Shown here piece after piece: positions 41,901 to 50,324 of a stretch of DNA of 64,000 nt. Position 1 is the stretch's first letter; every line of letters starts with the position of its first letter. This DNA comes from Leptogorgia sarmentosa (lineage: Eukaryota): positions 9,734,001-9,798,000 of the forward strand of contig OZ210885.1 of NCBI GenBank assembly GCA_964658305.1, in the 5' to 3' direction. The notes beneath the pieces are model-generated. The model was not told where the DNA came from. It did no database searches and saw only the letters and a list, made by a program, of their open reading frames with translations. Both the position numbers and the translations under genes were made by a program.

Positions 41901-44900
41901 TGCTAATTTAGAAACGTTAAACTGGAGAATATAACGCAGACTATCTTACTGATGGACCAAATATTGACTGAAATGCCTAAAATACTAAACGCCCAACTGA
42001 TATACTAATACAACTGCTTAATTCGTACATAAAATTAAGTGGCTTCCCAACAGATCCGACTATACTTCTACAATTACTCTCGCTGGCTAATTTTTGGCGC
42101 GTAATCTCACTGTAATATGTTTTTTCCACAATTTGATACCTTTTTTTGGCGAATAATTTCTTTGTTTCTCATAATGATTTTCCGTCATGTTGACATTTTG
42201 CTGTAAACTCTCAATTTTGTCAGCATGGCTTTGCAGTTCCTTCGAATGATGTTTAAATTTTGCCGAGTGTTGTTCAAGTTCCTTCGAATGCTCTCCAAGT
42301 TCCTTCGACTGATGATCAAATTTTGCCGAGTGTTGTTCCAGTTCCTTTGAGTGTTCTCCAAGTTCCTTCGACTGATGATCAAATTTTGCCGAGTGTTGTT
42401 CAAGTTCTTTCCAGTGTTCTCCAAGTTCCTTCGACTGATGGTCAAATTTTGCCGAGTGTTGTTCAAGTTCCTTCCAGTGTTCTCCAAGTTCCTTTGAATG
42501 ATGATCAAATTTTGCCGAGTGTTGTGCAAGTTCCTTTGAGTGTTCTCCAAGCTCCTTCGACTGATGATCAAATTTTGCCGAGTGTTGTTCAAGTTCCCTT
42601 GAGTGTTCTCCAAGTTCCTTCGACTGATCATCAAATTTTGCCGAGTGTTGTTCAAGTTCCTTTGAGTGTTGTTCAAGTTCCTTCGACTGATGGTCAAATT
42701 TTGCTGAGTGTTCCTCAAGTTCCCTTGAGTGTTCTCCAAGCTCCTTCGACTGATGATCAAATTTTGCCGAGTGTTGTTCAAGTTCCTTTGATTGTTCTCC
42801 AAGTTCCTTCGACTGATGGTCAAATTTTGCCGAGTGTTGTTCAAGTTCCTTTGAGTGTTGTTCAAGTTCCTTCGACTGATGGTCAAATTTTGCTGAGTGT
42901 TGGTCAAGTTCCCTTGAGTGTTCTCCAAGCTCCTTCGACTGATGATCAAATTTTGCCGAGTGTTGTTCAAGTTCCTTCGACTGATGATCAAATTTTGCCG
43001 AGTGTTGTTCAAGTTCCTTTGATTGTTCTCCAAGTTCCTTCGACTGATGGTCAAATTTTGCCGAGTGTTGTTCAAGTTCCTTTGAGTGTTGTTCAAGTTC
43101 CTTCGACTGATGGTCAAATTTTGCTGAGTGTTGGTCAAGTTCCCTTGAGTGTTCTCCAAGCTCCTTCGACTGATGATCAAATTTTGCCGAGTGTTGTTCA
43201 AGTTCCTTTGATTGTTCTCCAAGTTCCTTTGACTGATGATCAAATTTTTCCGAGTGTTGTTCAAGTTCCTTTGAGTGTTCTCCAAGTTCCTTTGACTGAT
43301 GATCAAATTTTTCCGAGTGTTGTTCAAGTTCCTTTGAGTGTTCTCCAAGTTCCTTCGACTGATGATCAAATTTTGCCGAGTGTTGTTCAAGTTCCTTTGA
43401 GTGTTCTCCAAGTTCCTTTGAATGATGATCAAATTTTACCGAGTGTTGTTCAAGTTCCTTTGAGTGTTCTCCAAGTTCCTTTGACTGATGACCAAATTTT
43501 TCCGCGTGTTGTTCAAGTTCCTTTGAGTGTTCTCCAAGTTCCTTGGACTGATGGACAAGTTTTTCTGAGTTTTTCGCGACACATTTTTCAACTTTTTCAA
43601 TTCTGCAGACCAGTTTTGAATAGATGTTGTCAAGTTTCTCTACCACGGCATTCATCTGCAGAGATACAATTAAGGAGCTATAAATATTTCAGTTTATATT
43701 AAATATTCATGATAAACATTAAAGATTAAAATATCAACAGAGATACAAATTATTCTTTATTCAGAGAACAATACATGTATGAATGTGCGAAATTTTCTGG
43801 TCAGCACTAGAAATTAATTGATATTTCGAAGCATCATGCATTATTCTGTTTAGAAATATTGCCCCATTATCCCACAATGTGTTCCAAAAATGCGTCCAAA
43901 AATGGGCACTGTTGAGTCAGCGATATTTAGCTATCACATCTGAAATTGCCAAAAAAAAGAAGCAGAAATTCTATAATTAAATATGCTTTTGGAACTTATT
44001 GATCGATTATAAAGCAAATTCAACAGTTACGGGATAAAAATAAATATAAAACAGGCCATATGTCGGCAAAATTTACATTCATCTTCGCAGAAGTATTATA
44101 GCCAAAGCGTTAGCATAAAAAAGGATTTCAAATTTCTCTTTAAAAAGGTATAATTCAAGTTTCGTTTTACTTCACTTCGGATTCAAATTCGAAAGGCATG
44201 TTATAAGCATTGCCGCCATTAGATTTTCGTTCTTTAGGATGCCGTAGGCCTCGTTTAGACGTCGTACATTTCATGTGCCAAACCTAGTGATAACGAGCTA
44301 AGTTCTTTGTTTGAGTTCGATTGGATTAGGCTCGGCACATGAAAAGTTCGACGTCTCAACTAGGTCTCATTCCAGGAAAGAACAAAGAATATGCTCAGTT
44401 TGGATTTGAATTGAATAAAACAATGTTCCTGTAGTTATAAAGTAGTAGCTTGTAAAATACTGCATGGCATTTCAACAAATAAACTACATGGCCTCATGCA
44501 TAAACACGTCACAAGGTGTGATGCATACAGACAATTCTGGTTTTAGTAGTAAAAGCAGGAATCTTTGAAAACAAATGAATGTTCCCGTCCCGACCACCAG
44601 AACCAGAATCGTGCACGACAACCTTTCGTGACGTCATTATACATAAGGTCTATTGAAATTTGACATGCAGGTCTGCTAGTTTTTAAACTTTTCAGAAAAT
44701 TGTAGCTCAACGTTGAAACATCAATAGCAATTTTGCAAGGAAAAGTTATTGTTATCTACGAATTGTTTTGCTTAATGGGGTGTCCTACGGCTAGTTTTTT
44801 CCTAAAAGAGAATTTATATTAGTATTTATCAGTAATTGATATGTAGTGTGTTTTATTTAACAATTAGATTACGAGCTCGAGATTTCTATGAGGTGATAGT

Positions 44901-47090
44901 TGATGAGGGCGAAGCCCGAATCAACTATCATCTCATAGAAATCGAGAGCGAGTAATCTAATTGTTTTAGTAGAATAAGAGATCAAACAGGAAAATATTGC
45001 AAAAAATAATTTAAAACCGCGTGTCAGAAGACATTTTCTTGAACGAAAATTCACATATTTTGCTACTCGCTATCTATCGAGGATTAGATAGCGAGTAGAG
45101 TAGCCAATCAAATTGCAGCATTTGCAATAGTATACGAGTATGATTCTACTAATTATCATTACACGCTTCGTTCTAAGTATTATATTGCGAACGTCTCCTT
45201 TCAAAAAAGTATGCACATGTTTGACTTGTAAGGTGCAACGGGTAAAATAAAACTCATAAAAACAGCATTATCGAAAAAAAAGCACAGATTGCGTTCCCAC
45301 GCTGAAAATTTGTACTCGCTCGCATTTGAAACATGTCTTATGTTAATTTGAACATTGTCTTCCTACTTATTCAATGGCTGTTAAATGCAACATAAAAACT
45401 TCCTCAAACCTTTGTGTCGGCGTTCGAATTGAAGTTTTTGATACAACGGCAAAGTTCAGCTACACTTTCTGCAATTAGTTTTGCGTGACGACCATCAACA
45501 AGAATGTCTGGAAATAATGAAGAAAATTTATCTTAAGTATCACAAACACTATAAATCTACCGCTGCTAATGCGCGTAGCACGAAGGATACATTGAAAAGC
45601 ATGCCCTGCTGTCCATACAAACTATTTGATAAGCATGGTCTGCCCTCGTTATTAGCAAACTTCAATATGCGGCCAGTGTAGTAGGCAGGGGATAACAACA
45701 TCAGCAAGCAGCACATGTCATACCCACTACCTAATCAATGCAAACTGGTTGGAAGTTTTGAGTAAAGTAGATCTAAAACAAAAAATTGGTAATAATGCTT
45801 TAACATTCGCTTTTATTCGACTTTTGAATGATTAAAGTTTTGAACACAAATTTCGAACTGTCCAATTCAAGTGAACAATTTTGATTTTATGCATATGATA
45901 GGATATATTAGTTGTACAATACTGTATACAGGGGCCGCGGAACCGGGGGGGGGGGGGGCAATGGGAGCAAGTGCCCCCCCCCCCACTTTTTGTACAAAAG
46001 GTCAATGTGCCCCTTTTTTTAAAGTAAAGTGCCCTTTTTCATCCGTGCCCTTTTCCAATTGTGGCCGCCAACTTTTGAGGTGCTTCCGCGGCCCCTGACT
46101 GTATAATTATGATGTTAAAAATGGCATTAAAGGCATCTGTCAAGGCATTTAATTTCTGCACTCAATATATGAAGGTTTAAAAATGAATCACTGTCTTCAA
46201 TTAAACACTAGATTTCTACGTAAAGCTTCAAAGTACACTATGATGCAAGGCCCCATGGGATACGACCTCATGTGATTCCAAAGATCATATTTAGAATTGC
46301 ATTGAATTGTGTGGTTGTATATGAATCAAATTGGATAATAATTATAATAAATGAATAATAAGAGAAATTGTTTCCACACGTGGGGGTTTTCTTACAGGAG
46401 ATCAAAAATGAACTGCGCGAAACATATTTAAAGGCATGATGAGCTTCCGGCAATAATGTTAATAATACAGTACCTGTTTTCTTCCAGAAATCTAGTTCAT
46501 CACAAATTGTTTTTTCGTCAGCTATTGGTAAATTTAATATTTTGACCAAAGATTCCATTGCTTGAAACGAGTCATTGAACATATGTAGGGTCCATTCAGA
46601 GATGTTACAATGAGCCCATGGGTTTCTGATGTCCGATCGTACTTTCTTTGCCTCAGCTGCAGCACCAGAAGATACGAAAGGAGCTGCCTCACCCATAATA
46701 GTCAAAAGTGCTGACATATCCATGGTCTCGTCAAATCCAGTGCAATGTGCCATAAACTCCTTGAGGAATAGTTTCGCCAGCGACAGAGAATCTTTAACAG
46801 CATAATCATAGGCATAGGCGGAAGCTCGGTTATGGATACGGTTGTTGTTGATGTTCCTGTACTCCAGCCTCTGTTTGGAAGGAGGTAATTTCTTCTTGTG
46901 CTTTGTAAAATCTTGCTTTTGAATTTCATCAGGTGGTTGGCATAAAGAATGATACCACTTCCCAAGTTCAGTGGCGACAACTTTCCTCAATGCAGGTGCA
47001 AGAACTTTGGTAAAGGCAATGCCAACTAAAACCCAATGTTGTTCTTCCTCCGATATCTTTTCGCTGCTACTCGGTAGAGAATGTGCCGAT
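5970..47090 (-). CDS. Multi-exon STAND/Apaf-1-like gene: HEPN-like domain, His-heptad coiled coil, NB-ARC, WD40 repeats (~1,980 aa; one in-frame TGA; start exon unresolved)
   Basis: 15 exons with AG/GT boundaries and matching phases: 47090-46474, 45507-45410, 43655-42140, 40865-40528, 39607-38965, 37011-36601, 33069-32824, 26030-25812, 23814-23605, 19583-19310, 18491-18259, 14926-14829, 8649-8247, 7640-7036, 5993-5970. Motifs: Walker A GMGGLGKT, Walker B LVILDDVW, LLITTRD, CGDLPLAL, LHD, multiple GH...WD repeats. Confidence 0.85.
6036..6254. repeat. Interspersed repeat with terminal hairpin (possibly a Crypton-like end); second copy inverted at 44854-45072
   Basis: Near-identical reverse-complement copy; hairpin gattac...gatagttga-ttcgggcttcgccc-tcatcaactatc...gtaatc. 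Confidence 0.75.
7036..7640 (-). CDS. WD40 exon of STAND gene
   Basis: GHPDDSIVTAIDITSNGKFALSGS...FASGSIGGSVKLWN; cag acceptor, AAG|gtatgt donor. Confidence 0.9.
8247..8649 (-). CDS. WD40 exon of STAND gene
   Basis: VWNLCDG...IIGCEDNHVFIWDW; polypyrimidine-aag acceptor, G|gtgggt donor. Confidence 0.88.
9186..11524. mobile_element. Non-autonomous P-like DNA transposon in STAND-gene intron
   Basis: Termini cactgagctata / tatagctcagtg; ~190-bp imperfect TIRs; perfect 8-bp TSD gtggcgat at 9178-9185 and 11525-11532. Confidence 0.85.
12129..12190. repeat. Perfect 27-bp-arm hairpin whose arms are themselves near-palindromic
   Basis: agcgtgggatactataatatcccacgg, 8-nt loop, ccgtgggatattatagtatcccacgct. 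Confidence 0.9.
13764..14372. mobile_element. MITE with CA...TG ends
   Basis: ~27-bp imperfect TIR catggccagaaatgcgcgacagtcagc / gctgactgtcgtgcatttccggccatg; TSD not clean. Confidence 0.7.
14829..14926 (-). CDS. WD40 exon of STAND gene (not in ORF track)
   Basis: GDLEWAKDVAVSADDQYVVSLSKDYYSTKSSIK; phase 1 to 0, exactly bridging the flanking exons (SIK|VWN). Confidence 0.85.
15818..17086. mobile_element. hAT-like MITE
   Basis: TIR cagggccgt / acggccctg; perfect 8-bp TSD tagagcat at 15810-15817 and 17087-17094. Confidence 0.85.
15989..16765 (+). mobile_element. Kolobok-like non-autonomous element nested in hAT MITE
   Basis: TTAA TSD, AG...CT termini, ~120-bp TIRs; internal peptide remnant MADSRP...KVFLNNAIGRWNRLK. 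Confidence 0.75.
17291..17778. mobile_element. Diverged MITE with ~130-bp TIRs
   Basis: tgtttgtcattgt...tatctctacactcttc is mirrored by gaagagtgtagagata...acaatgacaaaca. Confidence 0.7.
18259..18491 (-). CDS. WD40 exon of STAND gene
   Basis: VLTASRDGSIRVWN...DHSSDVTDITITRDESRCVSASTDGTFRVWN. Confidence 0.92.
19310..19583 (-). CDS. WD40 exon of STAND gene
   Basis: LVSGSYDGTIKIWD...GHESDVTSVAVS...YEGHKGRI. Confidence 0.93.
22200..23493. mobile_element. Non-autonomous Mutator-like (9-bp TSD) element
   Basis: TIR aacaggtgggaaa / tttcccacctgtt; 9-bp TSD ataaagaat at 22191-22199 and 23494-23502. Confidence 0.8.
23605..23814 (-). CDS. WD40 exon of STAND gene
   Basis: GLKVYCVSTGE...DGQFIATVGFYDETINLWK...LVGHIDYVTCV; ttgtag acceptor, G|gtatgc donor. 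Confidence 0.87.
25812..26030 (-). CDS. WD40 exon of STAND gene
   Basis: QLLGHSRTVSCLAVTQSGTILASGSWDGSTILW; G|gtaagc donor. Confidence 0.92.
27888..28992. mobile_element. Non-autonomous TIR element (Merlin- or MULE-like) with 10-bp subterminal arrays
   Basis: GATC termini; ~200-bp TIRs containing (cacgartgac)n; perfect 9-bp TSD cgaggcaag at 27879-27887 and 28993-29001. Confidence 0.88.
30048..30150. repeat. ~45-bp-arm hairpin at the end of an interspersed repeat
   Basis: ggtccggatagaaaaatattttgtc...aaaaacgtccc / gggacgtttttg...gacaaaatatttttctatccggacc around tcggccttcggcctc. Confidence 0.8.
30275..30860. repeat. 61-bp tandem array, about 10 copies, CpG-rich
   Basis: Unit aagtcaggataacgacgtcgattgaacgtcgaaacgaggtcaatttgtcgacgtcgatatt with 61-bp period (30275, 30336, ...). 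Confidence 0.95.
32824..33069 (-). CDS. Helical-domain/first WD40 exon of STAND gene
   Basis: GRLLSY...LMPESSCFDLGG...VICGCWNGSITIFDLDTG; ccag acceptor, G|gtaagt donor. Confidence 0.9.
33212..33438. mobile_element. Tc1/mariner-like MITE
   Basis: TIR ccgagtggcgcaaaaaa / ttttttgcgccacacgg-TA; largely palindromic. Confidence 0.7.
33900..35530 (-). pseudogene. Helitron/Helentron Rep (HUH) fragment, degenerate
   Basis: LFAMIRLLG..TWFCSFSAAETQW, LIQKDPV, FFYRVEFPQRGSPHIHGLF*, HKHSKTCKK...CRFNFPLPP; stops and frameshifts. Confidence 0.88.
35542..36313. mobile_element. Tc1/mariner-like foldback MITE (772 bp, almost wholly palindromic)
   Basis: TA-cagggtgtataaaaaaa ... tttttatacaccctg-TA; arms ~370 bp; mirror-image ORFs in the track. 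Confidence 0.92.
36601..37011 (-). CDS. Winged-helix (MHD-equivalent LHD) and helical-domain exon of STAND gene
   Basis: SYRLHDLLLGFAR...YYFKYLSYHL...LFFNFNWLYEKV...LMSDF...QLLG, an Apaf-1-type helical region. Confidence 0.92.
37400..38431. mobile_element. hAT-like MITE containing nested 38067-38395 MITE
   Basis: TIR caagggcgtcaatcc / ggattgacgcccttg; 8-bp TSD gaacgggc at 37392-37399 and 38432-38439. Confidence 0.88.
38067..38395. mobile_element. hAT-like MITE, same family as 263-590
   Basis: TIR cataagcgtacg / cgtacgcttatg; interior is the reverse complement of 263-590. Confidence 0.85.
38965..39607 (-). CDS. NB-ARC exon (Walker B, sensor 1, GLPL-like)
   Basis: CLVILDDVW, QLLITTRD, CGDLPLALSLVG, FLDFALFPED. 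Confidence 0.95.
40528..40865 (-). CDS. NB-ARC P-loop exon with internal TGA at 40650-40648
   Basis: VVGIRGMGGLGKTILALAV...RQVI*LDIGETPDCLALINLL...KANT|gtatgt. Confidence 0.9.
42140..43655 (-). CDS. Coiled-coil exon of STAND gene: ~63 tandem heptads (QSKELGE / HSKELEQ / HSAKFDH)
   Basis: tgcag acceptor in phase 0 and G|gtatca donor in phase 1 fit both neighbours; 21/63-bp tandem DNA repeat with non-repetitive coiled-coil flanks in this frame only. Confidence 0.85.
44854..45072. repeat. Second (inverted) copy of the 6036-6254 repeat
   Basis: Near-identical ORF-track peptides MNFRSRKC... on opposite strands. Confidence 0.8.
45410..45507 (-). CDS. Linker exon joining the HEPN-like domain to the coiled coil (not in ORF track)
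   Basis: ttatttccag|ACATT... DILVDGRHAKLIAESVAELCRCIKNFNSNADTK|gtttga; phase 1 to 0 as required by both neighbours. Confidence 0.7.
45929..46097. mobile_element. Small hAT-like MITE
   Basis: TIR caggggccgcggaa / ttccgcggcccctg; 8-bp TSD actgtata. Confidence 0.9.
46474..47090 (-). CDS. N-terminal HEPN-like domain exon of STAND gene
   Basis: EEEQHWVLVGIAFTKVLAPALRKVV...DMSALLTIM...VRSDIRNPWAHCN; Rx4H motif at 46627-46610; helical character; G|gtactg donor. Confidence 0.8.
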
Positions 47091-50000
47091 CTATCAATTT
47101 GATATAAAAAATGAGGGTTTAGAATTCTAGCAGCGAAAGCATAATTGTGTAATCAGTACAGGCGAAATTATCCTCGGAGAGCTAGTTTTCAAGGCTTTAA
47201 AATTATCTAAAAGTGAAATTTTCTGGTGTGGATTCATTTGGTAACAACTGGCTTGGAACATTAAAATAATTGGGTAACCTTACATGTCTACATTTATCAC
47301 AAATACATTTTAACTGCTCTAATTTACCTGATGTTACACGGGATGATTTTCAACGACGATTCGCAATGCAAATGAAGTTGCACGAGAAATTGTTGGTTAG
47401 CTAAGCAGCTCATTGTCGTTGAAAATCGTTTTGTGTAACATCAGCTTTAGCAACACAACAATCAGACATTGTTGGCCGAAATTACTGATTCACGGCCCCC
47501 CTCTTAGCGTCGGCTATATCGTGCATACACAGAAATTCAAACATTGTCGCCAAATTTGAAAATCTGGACGGACTTTCCGTCGTTGTTCGTGGTAACTTAT
47601 GGATTTCTTCAATCACATGCACAACAATAATGAACAACAGAATATTGCTACAATCAGACAACTTTTGTTTAAAGATTATAAGGATATCAGTTAACTACAA
47701 AGTTTCGCACATCACAAGCTGCCATTTATTGTAAAATATATATATAACGGTCTCATACCATGCCTTGCATCATAGGCGTGAAATTGTAAATCCCGCCAAG
47801 CGCGAGTGAAATGTGTAAAGAGGCCTAAATTAAGATTGATAGTTCAAACCTTTGGATTCGATTCCCCATGGTTTTATCTCATTCTATAGTAACGCCTGCA
47901 CAGAAACCTGAAACGATAATAAATGCTGGATTAACGTTGATCGAGAAGCACAAAAAAACGACTATGGCTGGAAGCACGAGATATGTTCATTCACTTAGTG
48001 TAAGAAGTCTGGGTGGTGAAAAACAATATTATCAGGCAGGAAAAGTTCTACTTACCACCGGAGCTAAATGATGCAATAAGATTCCATGTTCGACCAAAGG
48101 CCGTTGTCTAAAACTAAAAAATGTTTGCACATTTATGTAGCTATAATATCCACGGCACTAGTTGATAGTATGGGCCATGGCCATTTTTGTTCATGACAAA
48201 CCTATACCTGTTTTCTAGATTTAAGGCAGATATTCAAATAACATTTTAACCACTTTGGCAACATATTGAAACATTGTTGAAACTTGGCAACGTTTCTTTA
48301 GCGTCCGCAATATTGCATTACACAAATATTTCATCCCCAGAACACGAGCTGAATTTGAACGATTATTGCATTAGAATGAGACGGCATGAATGACACACAT
48401 AACGAAACAAATACAGTATATTTAACGGCAGTAAGTTTACAAATACCAGTAACATGCCCGAAATATTGAAGGAAGCGCCACGCACTGCATCCGGATGTTT
48501 ACAGACAACGTAGCTCGTACTCATCTGGCTTGTCTGATTTTTCAAAACAATCAACATTGCCACCCAAAACATTCGAGTTGACAGGGCGTTGTTTCAGTAT
48601 GTCAGAATTTAGACAGAATTCCTATCAAAATGTCACTATTCCATTTGTTATACCTGATTGTGTTGTCGCCATTGCAAGGGAATTTTCCCTATCAGAATTA
48701 AGGCTTACGTGTACACACGTAAAAGTCTAAATCTCTCTATATTTCATTTTAGAAACACATACTACATCATTCAAAGTATGAGATGCTTTACATTTATTCA
48801 TGTGATTGTTTATTAAAATCAATTTCAATTTTTACGTGGGTACACGTACGTAAAAAACGCGAAACTGGAAAGCAGCTTAAAACTTTCTCTCTGTGAACGC
48901 AGAATTTGTCAATACTACTCGATATTCCCACGTAGCTGTTATAAGTTTATTACGAACGGAAAAAATGTTATATTTGGCTTCTAAGCAAGTTTAATGTGTA
49001 CTTGTACATAATTATTATTTGTTATATGGACAGCGGTATTTTATTGGGAACTAAAACACTCGTAGAACTCATACATCACTACATCCGGGATGCGGTGCGC
49101 GTATTTTCCGTATGTCACGCTTAGGGGTGACATAACCTTCCCGCCTTTTTCGCTGTTTACAAATGGCTTCTACTTCAAGGTTTGTGAATTTCAGCGAAGA
49201 CGATATTAGTACGTTTTGCGACGAACAATAAAGCTACAATACTACAATGAACTACAATGAAGCGGTGTGTATTTGTGTCACTCCATATAATAAACAGAAC
49301 TGCGCTCACTCGTGAGATATTGTTCTTGCCACTCGAACATAAAATCCATATCTTCTCGCAACCGTGTAATATCCTATATTTATAGCTGCATTTCATACCG
49401 CAAGGTTACAATCAAGATTTAATGTCAGGGAAATAATTTCAGCAATTACGTAGGCTGACAGAAGTCTATCAAAATTCACCTTCTCAATAAACATAAAATA
49501 CATACTGTACTTTGGTGTCTGTCCCCATCATTATTGGATTTTTACTACAGATTTTTACTGAACTATTCATTAGATATGAACAGGGAATTCCAAACCAATC
49601 TATTATGTGCTGAGTAGTTGACTTTGGCAAAATTCCTTCAAAATTTTTCCAATAATTTAGAAGCATAATGCGCACCAGGCGCATTCCAGTTTGAATGCTC
49701 AACTAAACTGTGGCCCAGACTGGACTACTAAACTGAAAATGTTGACAGATTTTTTGGTTTGCACATTCAACTGAGGGTTGTCTGCCCTTGTTGGGTAAAA
49801 TCCTACTTTCCCTTCAGAAAAAGTAACATTGCTAAAACCAAATAACGAAGTATTGTAAATTTAATTGGGGCTCCTTGGCTTTAGGGCATCCCAAGACATT
49901 TCAAAATGATTTTTTTGAACCTCAACAACTCAAAATGCTTTTGCGGAGCAACCCCTCCCCTTACTGACCAAGATTTGGAGATTATATTTGTAGATTGTTG

Positions 50001-50324
50001 CCATAGCAACACGGAAATTTATGTTCTTTGTTTGAAAGTATCAGTTTAATTTATTCTTCGTTTTTAGTGCATTGTGTTGAGAGGCGAAAATTCACATCAG
50101 TTCTTCATTCATCCAGTCATGGTGTTAACTAGTGGGGGGCGCTTCCCAAATTCTCCCGAAAGTTAGCTAGACAAATAATGTGATCTAAGGTGCCACAACT
50201 TATAGTACATAATGCCGCAAAGCCCCTCCGGAGTTTTGATTTTTGCGAAAGGTACAACTCAGCCTTCAAAAATACGCTTAACTTTAGGTAAAACATTGTT
50301 CGGCACAATACATAATTTCCCTCC

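Noticed and set aside
42185..43702. Overlapping 415-aa (minus) and 480-aa (plus) repetitive ORFs
   Set aside because: By-products of a stop-free 21-bp repeat; only the 42140-43655 frame has fitting splice sites and coiled-coil flanks
45561..45730. Alternative phase 1-to-0 linker exon (GSGYDMCC...)
   Set aside because: Weak acceptor and donor; 45507-45410 has better sites and a helical sequence
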